A stretch of 64,000 nt of DNA from contig CAWGMQ010000003.1 of NCBI GenBank assembly GCA_963823665.1, positions 704,001-768,000 of the forward strand, read 5' to 3'. The position numbers were made by a program, and so were the translations under genes. Of this stretch, positions 33,254-43,887 are shown piece by piece (position 1 is the first letter of the stretch; every line of letters begins with the position of its first letter). This stretch comes from an uncultured Planctomycetota bacterium (GTDB lineage Bacteria; Planctomycetota; Planctomycetia; Isosphaerales; Isosphaeraceae). The notes under the pieces were generated by a model, which saw only the letters and a program-made list of their open reading frames with translations, had not been told where the DNA came from and searched no databases.

Positions 33254-34722
33254 CCATGTCCGTACCCACGGTCGAACGCCTCGAGCTCACGCATGTAGCT
33301 GGCATACGTCGTGCGAAATGTGTCGTAGTCGATGGTCCAGCGAGGAGTGTCATCGGTGTGCCGGTGACAGTGCTCCTCGATCAAACGGTGGAGGAATTTG
33401 AACAGATGCCGAGGTGTTCGCAGGTTGCCCAGTGCGTCGCGCAGATAATCGTCGCTGATTGCGTCGTCGATCAAGCGACGAAGCCGCGTGGCAGTACCAT
33501 TTGGCGACGGGTCGATACGGCAAGCGGTCAGGCGATCGCTGGCCAGATCGTAGAGAGAAGCTCCGGTCCAGCGCAGAGGCTTGATCAGATTGAGCTTGTC
33601 CGGACGGGCGCGGTCGTAAAACTCCTTGTCTTCCTTCTCAAGGTAATAGGCCAGCTCGATCGGCAGGAGCAGCTTCACGCCGACGCCTGCATGCCTCAAG
33701 AATTTGTGGTCGAGGAGCGGCCAGATAAGCGATCGCATTTTGTGTGGATCGCCTTCCACTTGCTGCGGCTCGTCAACGCGATCGATGAGGATGATGATTC
33801 CGGCATAACCAAGCGTGTGGAGAATCGCCTGAAACTTGCGTAATAATCCATATCGCTCCTCGGAGCTGGGACTTGAAGCCCTGGGGAGGGGTTGGCCTCC
33901 GAGCTCGAGCGGCTTGAACCAGAGCAACTCCCAGCGGAGTGCGGCGGGATCGCGACTGAGCACACGCTGACCGCGGCGAATATCACGGGCGAACAATTCA
34001 GCACGGATCAGCCGCCATCCCCAGTAAAGCCATCCACCCAGGATGGGAACGAGCAACCACGGTATGACCTTGAGAGTCAAGAACGATGGAAAAGCCGCAA
34101 TGAGTGCGATGACGACCAGCGTGGTTCCGAACCCGATCTGCAAGTCGCGGCGCGACCAGAGCGAGCGAAAGCCGGATTGGCGACGGAGCCGGCTCCAGCG
34201 CTTCGCGATCGGTGCTTTGGTCGAGGCGTCGTAAAGCGCGGCGAGCAGTAGTAAGTCGCGTCGCTGATCGACGCTGAGGGTCGTGAGGTTGACCCGTTCG
34301 GCGTTCAACAAATCGACGAGTTTGGTCACGCCCAGCGACAGGATCGCATCCATATGGTCTTCGAGCCGCCACTTCTCCAGAACGTCGTCGAGCTTGGACG
34401 CTCCGATGGCGGTCTTGCAGTTGTCTAGAAACGGGTTGAAATCGTCGTAGGAGATGACGAAGACTCGCTCGAGAGGGTTTGCTTGATTGTGAGACTCGAG
34501 CTCGGATTCGGCCTGGAGCCTGAGGGCCGTCTTGCCGCTCCCCTTTTCGCCGAAAACGAGGGCCGTTGAGGGGTCAACCGGACTTCCGAAGAACTTATTC
34601 CACGCGGGATGGTGCACAGTGGCCAGACAGCGCCGTTTGAATACCGTGTCCGTCTGGGCGTCTTCCTCGGCGAAGGGATTCCCAGCGATACCATGGTGCT
34701 GCAAGAAATACTCGAGCTTCAT
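33250..34722 (-). CDS. P-loop NTPase-like membrane protein
   Basis: GEKGSGKT, two transmembrane helices, IILIDRVDE. Confidence 0.75.
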   Translation of the reverse strand: MKLEYFLQHHGIAGNPFAEEDAQTDTVFKRRCLATVHHPAWNKFFGSPVDPSTALVFGEKGSGKTALRLQAESELESHNQANPLERVFVISYDDFNPFLDNCKTAIGASKLDDVLEKWRLEDHMDAILSLGVTKLVDLLNAERVNLTTLSVDQRRDLLLLAALYDASTKAPIAKRWSRLRRQSGFRSLWSRRDLQIGFGTTLVVIALIAAFPSFLTLKVIPWLLVPILGGWLYWGWRLIRAELFARDIRRGQRVLSRDPAALRWELLWFKPLELGGQPLPRASSPSSEERYGLLRKFQAILHTLGYAGIIILIDRVDEPQQVEGDPHKMRSLIWPLLDHKFLRHAGVGVKLLLPIELAYYLEKEDKEFYDRARPDKLNLIKPLRWTGASLYDLASDRLTACRIDPSPNGTATRLRRLIDDAISDDYLRDALGNLRTPRHLFKFLHRLIEEHCHRHTDDTPRWTIDYDTFRTTYASYMRELEAFDRGYGHG

Positions 34723-34876
34723 TCTCGGTGCCGCCTCTCCATTTGGTCGAAACTCGCTGATCGTTCGTCACGTCTTAACCAATTCGGTAGCCGAAGGCAA
34801 TCCGAGCTGGTTGACGGTTTCGTCGACACGGTCGTACCATGCGATGACCTGGATGAGCCATAATGTGAGAGAACCC

Positions 34877-35698
34877 ATGATGAAGCTCGCTCTTGACGCA
34901 ATCATCCGTCACCGCGGTGGTCGGTGGGGCGGCTGTTTCACGATTGTGCTTGTGCTGTTGATTGCTTCGCTGGGCTGTGGCGGAGTGACGAACGACGGCG
35001 CTCGTCCAGCCAGCATTCGCATCGCGGCGGCCAGCGATCTTCGCAACGCGTGTCCCAAGCTGACCGAGCGATTCGAGCAGAAGACGGGCATCAAAGTGAC
35101 TTCCACGTTCGGGGCATCCGGGCAGCTCGCTGCGCAGATCGCGCAAGGAGCGCCTTTTGATCTCTTTCTCGCAGCCAATCAGTCGTTCGTCGACGATCTG
35201 GCGGCCAAGGGGCTGATCGAGGCGGCTTCGGTTCGGCCATACGCTCGAGGATCACTCGTCCTTGCGGTTTATCGGGATTTCGCAGACCAGATCCGTTCTC
35301 TGGAAGACCTCACCAAGCCGATCGTCAAGAAGATCGCCCTGGCGAATCCCGAAACCGCACCCTATGGAAAAGCGGGCAAACAAGCGCTCGAGCGAGCGGG
35401 CCTGCTCAAACAGCTCGAGCCCAAGATTGTGCTGGCGGAGTCGGTGGGACAAGCTTTGATCTATGCGCAGAAGGGGGACGCGGAGGCCGCATTGATCGGC
35501 AGAGCGATCGCCGGGGCTGCGGAGATCAGAGTCGTCGAGATCGACGCCGATCTTTACACGCCCATCATTCAGGCGCTCGGCATTGTGAACTCCTCGAAGC
35601 AAACCGCGGAGGCTCGTGCTTTTGCTGAGTTCGTACTGGGAGAGGATGGACAGCGTATTCTGGCTGAGTTCGGTTTGGCGTACGATCGACATGAGTGA
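34877..35698 (+). CDS. modA: Molybdate ABC transporter binding protein
   Basis: AAASDL, FGASGQLAAQIAQGAPFDLF, ANPETAPYG; lipobox-like SLGC. Confidence 0.93.
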   Translation: MMKLALDAIIRHRGGRWGGCFTIVLVLLIASLGCGGVTNDGARPASIRIAAASDLRNACPKLTERFEQKTGIKVTSTFGASGQLAAQIAQGAPFDLFLAANQSFVDDLAAKGLIEAASVRPYARGSLVLAVYRDFADQIRSLEDLTKPIVKKIALANPETAPYGKAGKQALERAGLLKQLEPKIVLAESVGQALIYAQKGDAEAALIGRAIAGAAEIRVVEIDADLYTPIIQALGIVNSSKQTAEARAFAEFVLGEDGQRILAEFGLAYDRHE

Positions 35699-36359
35699 TC
35701 TAGGACCCTTCTGGCTGTCGTTGCGAGTTGCGTCGGTGGCCACACTCCTGGTTGTGGTGGTGGGAATGCCGCTGGCGTTTCTGCTGGCGCGGACACGTTT
35801 TCCGGGCAAGTCATTGTTTGCCGGAATCCTGATTCTGCCGCTCGTCTTGCCGCCCACCGTGATGGGGTTTTACCTTCTGCAACTTCTCGGGCGGCGCTCG
35901 ATCCTGGGCTATTGGCTCGAGCAATCGCTGGGAATCACCTTCGTGTTTCACTGGTCGGGCGCGGTCATCGCCTCGGCGGTCGCCGCTTTTCCACTATTCC
36001 TGCTGCCGGCTCGCGGCGCGTTCGAGGCGATCGATCCGGCCCTCGAGGACGTCGCGCGGCTGCTCGGCCGTAATGAGCTATCCGTCTTTTATTCGGTTAC
36101 TTTGCCGCTGGCCCGCCGTGGGCTGGCGGCGGGCGTCGTGCTGGCTTTCGCGCGCGCGCTTGGCGATTTTGGAGCCACGTTGATGGTGGCGGGCAACATA
36201 CCCGGGCTGACGCAGACAGCGGCTCTGGCGATCTACGACGCCGTTCAGGTCAATGACACGCATCGGGCTGGCTGGCTGACGTTGTGGATCTCGCTGGTGT
36301 CTATTCTTGCACTCGTCGTCGTTCAGCGATCCCTCCCGGCGCGAGGGCTTATGCATTGA
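35691..36359 (+). CDS. modB: Molybdate ABC transporter permease
   Basis: LPLVLPPTVMGFYLL, FARALGDFGATLMVAGNIPG. Confidence 0.93.
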   Translation: MSDLGPFWLSLRVASVATLLVVVVGMPLAFLLARTRFPGKSLFAGILILPLVLPPTVMGFYLLQLLGRRSILGYWLEQSLGITFVFHWSGAVIASAVAAFPLFLLPARGAFEAIDPALEDVARLLGRNELSVFYSVTLPLARRGLAAGVVLAFARALGDFGATLMVAGNIPGLTQTAALAIYDAVQVNDTHRAGWLTLWISLVSILALVVVQRSLPARGLMH

Positions 36360-37485
36360 GCCAGCCTGGCTCGCAATCCCTTGAAGCTCGTGTGGTCCGC
36401 AAAATCCACGAGTTGCTCACGGTCGATCTCTCGCTCGAATTGGGCTGCGAGACCGGCATCCTGTTCGGGCCGTCGGGAGCCGGGAAGACCACCGCGCTGC
36501 GGTTGATTTCGGGGCTCGCTCGGCCCGATGCTGGTCGGGTGTCCGTGGGCGGAAAGACCTTGTTCGACTCAGTCGCTCACATTGACGAGCCGTTGCGCAA
36601 TCGACAGATCGGGATGATCTTCCAGGACGATCGGCTCTTTCCACATCTCAGTGTCGCCGCCAACGTCGAGTTTGGTCTCAAGGGCTGCAAGCCCGCCGTG
36701 CGTCGCGATCGGCTCACCGAAGTGGCGGCGCTTTGCGGCATCGAGAACCTGCTGGGCCGCATGCCGGTGATGCTCTCCGGCGGCGAGCGGCAACGGGTCG
36801 GCCTGGCCAGGGCACTCGCGCCCGTCCGCGCCTTCTGCTCTGCGATGAACCGGTCTCCGCACTGGATCTGGCCAATCGACACGCGCTGATTGAGCAGCTA
36901 CGAGTGGTTCAGCAGGCGCTCGCGGTTCCGATGCTGTACGTCACGCACAGCCCGGGCGAGGCCCTTGCGCTCGGCTCGCGTCTGTTCCTCCTGGAGGCAG
37001 GGCGTATCGTCACATCGGGCACTCCGCTTGATGTCCTCTCCAGAAGCGGAAAAGTGCCCGCTGGCTCGGATGCCTGGGAAGGCGTGCGGAACGTCTTTCC
37101 GGCCCGAGTCGCGAACCACGACGCGGCACACGGCGCGAGCCTGCTCGAGCTGGAAGGCGGGCCCGCCTTGACCATCCCATCCCTGCACCAGCCGCCGGGC
37201 ACGCGCGTGCTCGTCGCCGTGCGGGCCGACGATATCCTGCTGTCGTTACAGCCTCTCATCGGCTTGAGCGCCCGCAACCAGATCGCGGGTCACGTCGAAG
37301 AACTCGTTCGCCATGGGTCGGAAGCGGAGATCATCGTCAGAACCGGTCACCTGACCTGGATCGTCAGCGTGGTCGAGGGAGCTGTCGAACAGCTCGCAAT
37401 TCTCCCCGGCTCGAGGGTCCACTTGATCATCAAGGCCCGAAGCTGCCAGATCCTCTCTCCTGAGAGCAGCCCTTCGGTGAGATGA
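36356..37485 (+). CDS. modC: Molybdate ABC transporter ATPase with TOBE domains, frameshift near 36822
   Basis: GPSGAGKT, LSGGERQR / LLLCDEP, YVTH, LSARNQ. Confidence 0.9.
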
Positions 37486-37508
37486 CCAAAATCCATCGAT
37501 CGGCCCTC

Positions 37509-37536
37509 TTGACAACCACTCGGCCGTGACTACTAT
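37509..37536 (+). promoter_or_regulatory. Candidate sigma70 promoter for the blaI/blaR-like operon
   Basis: TTGACA-N16-TACTAT in an AT-rich patch. Confidence 0.55.
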
Positions 37537-37615
37537 AAAACCAGAACTAATAAACCAAATGTCAGACGGTCGGCTCGAGGCGACGCTTCGAGTTGATGGG
37601 GAGAAAGGAGAAGAG

Positions 37616-38000
37616 ATGGCGGAGACCGGCGGCCAAGGAGCTCACAGAGCGAGAGCTCGAAGTCATGCACGTGGTATGGAAACGGGGGGAATCAACGGTT
37701 GCCGAGGTACGTGATGCGCTGGCAGAGGCAGGGCTTGACCGTGCTTACACGACGATCGCAACCCTGGTGCGAATCCTGGCCGACAAGGACTTTCTGGAAC
37801 AGACCAACCAGGAACGACCGTTTTCGTACAAGCCACGCCGATCGTATCAAGAAGTCTCGAAGAAGCTTCTGGGGGAGCTGATCGATCGCGTTTTTCATGG
37901 TTCTCGTGAGCAGTTGCTTGTAAGTCTGCTCGACCGCAAATCGCTGACCGGGCCCGAGCGTGCTTTGCTGCAAGACGTCTTGCGTCAGAAGGAGAAATGA
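37616..38000 (+). CDS. BlaI/MecI/CopY repressor, with a probable 1-bp error just after the ATG
   Basis: LTERELEVMHVVW...AYTTIATLVRILADK; ATG at 37616 follows AGGAG. Confidence 0.9.
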
Positions 38001-40858
38001 AGTTGAACGCTCTTGGTGTGACACTCCTCTCCAGCGTCGCCCATGCGACGGTCTTCGCGTTCCTTGGAGCGGTTCTCTACCTTGCGATCCGGCGCTATAG
38101 CCCGGCGGCGGGGGCGCTCGCGGCTGGATCGTGTCTGTCATTCATGGTGATCGTGTCGGCAGTCGCTCTGGGGCCTTGGCCGCGCTGGTGCACGATTTCG
38201 GCTCCCACGATCGCGGCGCTCCCGGGAGCTCTTGTCTCAACTGAAGCACTGGCCCTCAGAGTGGCTCCTCGGGAGCAACATGCTTCCGGCGAAGGCCCGG
38301 CAAACGCTTCTATCAGTCAACTGCACTCGGGAGAACGAAACGAAGAAGCGGAACCTCCGCATTCGCCGATGAACGCCGCTTCGAGCGAGCTCTCGCGCGG
38401 AGCAGAAGCTCAATCGAGGGGACAGCGGCCGTTGCCGTGGAACTGGCCGAATTGGTTAGCGGTGGGTTTTTTCGCCAGCCTGCTGATCGGCTTCGCCCGG
38501 CTCGGTCTGGGCCTTCTTGCCGTCGAGCGCCTCCGGTCTCGAAGCAGCCCGATCGGCGACGGGGCCCTTCTCGAGGAGATCGCGCTTCTGCGAGCTGAGT
38601 TGTCGTGCACCACGAGGGTCGAGGTGCGCGAGAGCTCGGAGCTGGAGACGCCGGCGACACTGGGCTGGCGAGAACCCCTTGTTCTTTTGCCTTTCGACTG
38701 GCGTGACTGGAGTCGCGGCGAACTGCGTGCCGTGCTCGCGCACGAACTCGCGCATGTGGTTCGAAGTGACTTTCTCACGGGATTGATCGCGCAATTCAGC
38801 GTCGCGTTGCACTTTTATCATCCCCTGGCGCACTGGCTGGCGAAGCGGCTGCGACTCGAGCAAGAGCTGGCGGCTGACGCCTGGGGAGCTGCACTCTCCG
38901 GTGGTAGCCCAAGCTATCTCGTGACGCTGGCACAGATGGCTCTCAAGCGTGAAGACCGCGGTCTCGCGGGACCAGCCCGTGCGTTTCTCCCATCACGTGG
39001 CACTCTTGTAACGAGGATCGAAATGCTGCGAAATAACCATGTCTTCTGCATCGGTCTTCTGCCGGCGCGTGCTCGCGCCGCCACGATCGGATTGCTCGGC
39101 TTCGTCGGCTTCGCCGTCGCGGGAATGCGCGGGCCTATCGGCCAGGCGCAGTCGAGCGACCAGGGCCCTGAGGGCGAGCCAGCCCAGGTGGCCGTCCAGA
39201 ACGGCTCGCGCGGCACCGCCCCTTCGCTCGACGTTTCGCTTTTGCCGGCGGAGACCAAGTTGCTGTTCGCTCTGAAGCCCGCTGCTTTGCTCGAGCGAGA
39301 TGAGATCAAGACGCTCGTGCGAGACATGGCGCCAGGTGCGCTCACCAAGTCAGGGGGGCTCGTCATCTCGCCCGAAGAGATCGAGCAGCTTGTCTGCTTC
39401 TGGGAAGGTCTTCCCGAAGCACCCGGGCAACCCGGCGGATCTCCGTTCATTCCGCATCCTACGGGCATCATCTACCGAGCGACGAAAGCCCAGGACTGGA
39501 AGAGCCGGCTGAATGCGCAAGGCGGTCCCATCGAGGAATTCCTTCTGGATGGCCAGAAATGCTTCCGCGGCCAACCTCCGAGCCCTGCTTGGTGCGCCGC
39601 CGCATTCGATGATCGCACTCTGGTGGTCGCGGTCGAAGACACCATCCGCGACTTGATCCAGGATCGACGCGTGCCGGCCCCACGCCGCACCTGGGATGAG
39701 GCGTGGGAAAAATCCGCCGACGGGCTGGTCATTGCCGCAATTGACACCCGTTGGCTTCGCCGCCGGCTCACCCAGGCGGCACCGCCCTCCGGTCCGGACG
39801 GCTCATCCCCGTTCGGTATCAAGCTCGACACGATCGCGCCTCTGCTCGAGAAAGCACAGGCGTATGTGATTTCGGTGGACGCGTCTCCGGGCATCCGAGT
39901 TGACGTCCGAGCGGTGACGAGGGGCGGGGACGGCGCGAAGCCTGTCGCCGAAACGCTTCAGGCGGTGATCACACTCGCTCGCAACTCCATCGAGGGGCTA
40001 ATGCAAGACTCTGCGGGGAAGCCTCTGGGCGACGCAATGAAGAGTACGTTCGCCGCCGCGAACGAGCTTCTTGCGCAGGCCAAGATCGAGACATCTGGAA
40101 ATGTCGTGCACTTGCAGGCGAAGTCAACGATGGAACTCTCCGAGATGGTGAAATCGGTCGCTCCCGCAGTGACGACGGCCCGAGCAACTGCACGCCGCAT
40201 GTCGAGCATAAATAATCTGAAGCAAATCGGCCTCGCGTTTCACAACTATGCGGCCGTATACAATCACCTCCCCTCCCCTGCCCTGCTGGGTGGCGAGCAG
40301 AAGAAGTACCCGTATAGCTGGCGGGTCGCACTTCTGCCATTTATTGAGCAGCAGGCGCTCTACGATCAGTACCGCTTCGACGAACCGTGGGACGGCCCCA
40401 ACAATCGAAAACTGATCGACCAGATGCCGCCGACTTACAGCGTGCCTGGCCCAAACGGCAATCCGCTGAGCCGATCGACGTCGTCGTACTACGTCTTCGC
40501 TGGTGAGGCAACCGCTCTGGGCAGCCCCCAGGTGCCTGGTGGCAAGGTTGCCGAAACGAAATTCGAAATGATCACGGATGGCACGTCCAACACGATCCTG
40601 GCTGTCGAGTGGGACGGGAACATACCCTGGACCAAACCCGCTGACATCCCATTTGATCCCGGCGGCGCAGTTCCTGCGATCGGCGGTTTCTGGCCCGACG
40701 CATTCAACGCACTCCTGTGCGATGGTTCGGTGCGCGAGTTCCCGAAACAGCTCGCCCCGGAGACATTGAAAGCTCTGATCACCCGGGCCGGCCGTGAAGT
40801 CATTCAGGCTGACACACTTGCTCCTGGTCAGACGCGTCCGCCTGCTGCGAAACCATAA
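37997..40858 (+). CDS. BlaR1-like M56 peptidase fused to a C-terminal DUF1559
   Basis: HELAH...EQELAAD; SINNLKQIGLAFHNY...SWRVALLP...ITDGTSNT...DGSV. Confidence 0.9.
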   Translation: MKLNALGVTLLSSVAHATVFAFLGAVLYLAIRRYSPAAGALAAGSCLSFMVIVSAVALGPWPRWCTISAPTIAALPGALVSTEALALRVAPREQHASGEGPANASISQLHSGERNEEAEPPHSPMNAASSELSRGAEAQSRGQRPLPWNWPNWLAVGFFASLLIGFARLGLGLLAVERLRSRSSPIGDGALLEEIALLRAELSCTTRVEVRESSELETPATLGWREPLVLLPFDWRDWSRGELRAVLAHELAHVVRSDFLTGLIAQFSVALHFYHPLAHWLAKRLRLEQELAADAWGAALSGGSPSYLVTLAQMALKREDRGLAGPARAFLPSRGTLVTRIEMLRNNHVFCIGLLPARARAATIGLLGFVGFAVAGMRGPIGQAQSSDQGPEGEPAQVAVQNGSRGTAPSLDVSLLPAETKLLFALKPAALLERDEIKTLVRDMAPGALTKSGGLVISPEEIEQLVCFWEGLPEAPGQPGGSPFIPHPTGIIYRATKAQDWKSRLNAQGGPIEEFLLDGQKCFRGQPPSPAWCAAAFDDRTLVVAVEDTIRDLIQDRRVPAPRRTWDEAWEKSADGLVIAAIDTRWLRRRLTQAAPPSGPDGSSPFGIKLDTIAPLLEKAQAYVISVDASPGIRVDVRAVTRGGDGAKPVAETLQAVITLARNSIEGLMQDSAGKPLGDAMKSTFAAANELLAQAKIETSGNVVHLQAKSTMELSEMVKSVAPAVTTARATARRMSSINNLKQIGLAFHNYAAVYNHLPSPALLGGEQKKYPYSWRVALLPFIEQQALYDQYRFDEPWDGPNNRKLIDQMPPTYSVPGPNGNPLSRSTSSYYVFAGEATALGSPQVPGGKVAETKFEMITDGTSNTILAVEWDGNIPWTKPADIPFDPGGAVPAIGGFWPDAFNALLCDGSVREFPKQLAPETLKALITRAGREVIQADTLAPGQTRPPAAKP

Positions 40859-41005
40859 GCGGAATCGCTCGAATAAACCCGCCGACGCAGGCCGAACCCT
40901 CAGGCCGATCGCGCTTTGCTTCCACGAGTGCGATCGGCCTGAATTGCGCACTCGAGAACTCGCAACCTGCCAAGCTCGTCGGGAAGGTGGTATATTAAGT
41001 GGCTT

Positions 41006-42721
41006 ATGGCACACGTCGACGCGACGACCGAGCGAAGCTCGAGTCCTGAAGCAGCCACGGGTCAACCGTCGACCGCAGGTACTTTCCTGCCCACAAGAAG
41101 GGTCATACCCGCCTACGGCTCCGAGCTTGCTACCGAAACCCGATGGCTGCTCCAGCTCAGGCTCAGGGCTGCATCGCTCGTCCTCGTGGTGGGCTTCAGC
41201 CTGTTCCTCTCCCGGTCATTCATTCTGTACAAGTTTGAGTCGCTGGCCGTCTTCTTCTACGGAATGATGCTGGTGCTTCCGATTGTCTGCTTGGCAACCC
41301 TCTCGAGCCGGCACCAGCCAACGCTGCGACAGCTTCGCGCACTCGAGACAACTCTCTTCGCCCTGATCGTCGTTTTCTTCATTGCCGCGCAGTATGTCGT
41401 GATGCTGCATCGCATACGCGACAACGATCCAGAGCGCCTGGCCGGTGCGGTCAAGAGCAGCACGCTGTGGATGGTTGCTTTTATGTTTATTTATGCGATT
41501 TTTATTCCTAACACATGGCGACGCGCGGCGAAGCTGATCGTGCCGATGGCCCTCGCGCCGCTCACGGTTCCTTGGATTCTGGGGGCTGTGCATCCCCACT
41601 TTTATCAACTCGCGATCAGGGCCGCCGGTTTCGAGAGAATCAGCGAAGACGGACTGTTTCTCGTGCTCGGCGCGCTCACGGCGATCTTCGGCACCCACAC
41701 GATCAACACACTGCGGGTCGAGGCCTACAGGGCGCGGCTCCTGAACCAGTATCGGCTCGGGCGGAAGCTTGGCGGCGGCGGCATGGGCGAGGTCTACCTT
41801 GCCGAGCACCAGTTGCTCAAGCGGCCGTGCGCGATCAAGCTGATACGCTCGGACCTGGTCGGCAACCAACGCATCTTCGCCCGATTCGAGCGAGAGGTGC
41901 GCGCGACAGCACAGCTCTCGCACTGGAACACAATCGAGATCTTCGACTATGGACGCAACGACAACGGCGCCTTCTATTACGTCATGGAGTATCTGCCCGG
42001 TCTCTCGCTCGCGGAGCTGGTCGAGCGATACGGCCCGATGCCCCCTGCACGGGTGATCTACCTCCTGCGACAAGCCTGCGACGCCCTTCATGAAGCACAC
42101 GAAGCCGGTCTCGTGCATCGTGACATCAAGCCGGCCAACATCATGGCGGCCTTTCGCGGCGGCCGGCACGACGTTGCCAAGCTCCTGGATTTCGGTCTCG
42201 TCAAGACGCTCAGTGAGGACGAGAAAGCTCCCCACCTTTCCCGGGAAGGGACCGTAACCGGCTCGCCGCTGTATATGGCCCCGGAACAGATCATGCGCAC
42301 CCAGGAACCGGATCGTCGCACGGATATCTACGGTCTGGGCGCGGTTGCGTATTTCATGCTGACCGGCCGCCCCCCGTTCCGCGGGGACAACTCGATGGAG
42401 GTCATGATGGCGCACGTGCGCGATTCCGTCACACCACCGTCGCAGCTCCGCCCCGAAATCCCTGCTGACCTGGAACGAGTCGTGCTGCGGTGTCTTGCCA
42501 AGAATCCGCACGAGCGCTATCCCGATACCCCGAGCCTGGCTGAGGATCTCGATCGCTGCGCCGACGTTGCCAACTGGTCCTCCAGAGCCGCTCTATTCTG
42601 GTGGCAAGCCCATCAGGAGCACACACGCGTTCAAGCCACTCGCGAAGGCGACGCGCCGCGCTCTGAGACCACGCTTGTAGGCAGCGGCCAGGCCGCGGCC
42701 ACGGCAGATCGCACCATGTGA
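41006..42721 (+). CDS. Membrane-bound Ser/Thr protein kinase
   Basis: N-terminal transmembrane helices; GGGGMGEV, HRDIKPAN, DFG, YMAPE. Confidence 0.95.
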   Translation: MAHVDATTERSSSPEAATGQPSTAGTFLPTRRVIPAYGSELATETRWLLQLRLRAASLVLVVGFSLFLSRSFILYKFESLAVFFYGMMLVLPIVCLATLSSRHQPTLRQLRALETTLFALIVVFFIAAQYVVMLHRIRDNDPERLAGAVKSSTLWMVAFMFIYAIFIPNTWRRAAKLIVPMALAPLTVPWILGAVHPHFYQLAIRAAGFERISEDGLFLVLGALTAIFGTHTINTLRVEAYRARLLNQYRLGRKLGGGGMGEVYLAEHQLLKRPCAIKLIRSDLVGNQRIFARFEREVRATAQLSHWNTIEIFDYGRNDNGAFYYVMEYLPGLSLAELVERYGPMPPARVIYLLRQACDALHEAHEAGLVHRDIKPANIMAAFRGGRHDVAKLLDFGLVKTLSEDEKAPHLSREGTVTGSPLYMAPEQIMRTQEPDRRTDIYGLGAVAYFMLTGRPPFRGDNSMEVMMAHVRDSVTPPSQLRPEIPADLERVVLRCLAKNPHERYPDTPSLAEDLDRCADVANWSSRAALFWWQAHQEHTRVQATREGDAPRSETTLVGSGQAAATADRTM

Positions 42722-42733
42722 CAGCGAGCCCCG

Positions 42734-43870
42734 ATGAATTCGATGCAAGGCGACGAACGCGCAGGCGACGACACCTCCTCCTGGATGACGCACGATGTCG
42801 CCGCGACCGTGCACCTCGCGTTCGCATTCGATATTGGCGACGAGGTCGACCTCGATCGAGCCCGCCTGATCCTTCAAGGCCAGCGCGGCCAGTTGCCCAG
42901 GAGAAAACGCACCCCGGAATCGATCCGCTACCGTCCCGCACCGATCCGTGTGGAGCTCGACCCCGCGGGCATCGCCTTGCCCGGAGAGCATTCACTCGCC
43001 CGCCCGCCGCGTGCGGAGCTGACTCTCTTCGATTTCGCCGCGATCTCGTTGTGTGTCCGGTTCCCTCTGAAGACCTCTCCGCTGGGTCTTCTCGATCTGG
43101 CCGGCCGGCTGGCGGAGCCGGCCGCACTGACCGAGGCCGCTCGGCGGCTGCTCGCTCCCTGGCTCGAACAGATCAGGCCCGCAGTTCAGGACTTTGAGAT
43201 CAGCGACTTGAGCGAAGAATACGTCGTCTTTCAGCTCTGGGAGAGCCAGCGCGACTGGCTCGAACACCAGGCCGATTGGATCGCCGGACTCGTTCGACTC
43301 GAGTCCGAGCCCTTGAGCAGGGACGAAATCCGCGAGGCCACTCGGCTGAGTCTCTCCTACACGCCAAGCGACCTCGTCGTGCTCGACTGGGCCGCCGGCG
43401 TTGTGATCGATACCGAGTGCGCTGATACGCTCGAAGTCATCGAATACGCAAACGTCCAGCTTCTGGAGTTCCGCCACATTGATGACCGCCTGGACGATCG
43501 ACTCGAAGCGGCTTATCGGCTGATTCGCCCGGAAAAACGCATGCGGTGGTTCCCTCTTTTCTGGCGGCTGCACCACGGCCCGGTACGCCAGATCCGCGAG
43601 CTTGAAATCGAGGCCACCAGCCTCTTTGAACGGGTTGACAACGCGCTGAAGCTCATCGGCGACCATTATCTCTCGCGAGTGTTTGAAGTCGCCGGCGGCC
43701 GATTTCACCTGCGCGACTGGCAGAACAGCATCCGCCGCAAGCTGGAGACCGTCGGTTCCGTTTATGATCTGCTCGTCCACCAGGCAGGCGCCTATCGTAT
43801 GGAGGCACTCGAGATCACCGTCGTGATTTTGATCGCGCTCGAGATCGCCCTGGCGATCTTCCGGCATTGA
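42734..43870 (+). CDS. Conserved hypothetical protein, RMD1/DUF155-like, with C-terminal transmembrane helix
   Basis: IEYANVQLLEFRHIDDRLD...MEALEITVVILIALEI. Confidence 0.7.
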   Translation: MNSMQGDERAGDDTSSWMTHDVAATVHLAFAFDIGDEVDLDRARLILQGQRGQLPRRKRTPESIRYRPAPIRVELDPAGIALPGEHSLARPPRAELTLFDFAAISLCVRFPLKTSPLGLLDLAGRLAEPAALTEAARRLLAPWLEQIRPAVQDFEISDLSEEYVVFQLWESQRDWLEHQADWIAGLVRLESEPLSRDEIREATRLSLSYTPSDLVVLDWAAGVVIDTECADTLEVIEYANVQLLEFRHIDDRLDDRLEAAYRLIRPEKRMRWFPLFWRLHHGPVRQIRELEIEATSLFERVDNALKLIGDHYLSRVFEVAGGRFHLRDWQNSIRRKLETVGSVYDLLVHQAGAYRMEALEITVVILIALEIALAIFRH

Positions 43871-43887
43871 GCCGCTAGTGCCGCGGG

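Noticed and set aside
41216..42511. Long antisense ORFs (also 26535-27740, 29567-30715, 49606-50784)
   Set aside because: These are shadows of well-supported genes on the opposite strand in GC-rich DNA.
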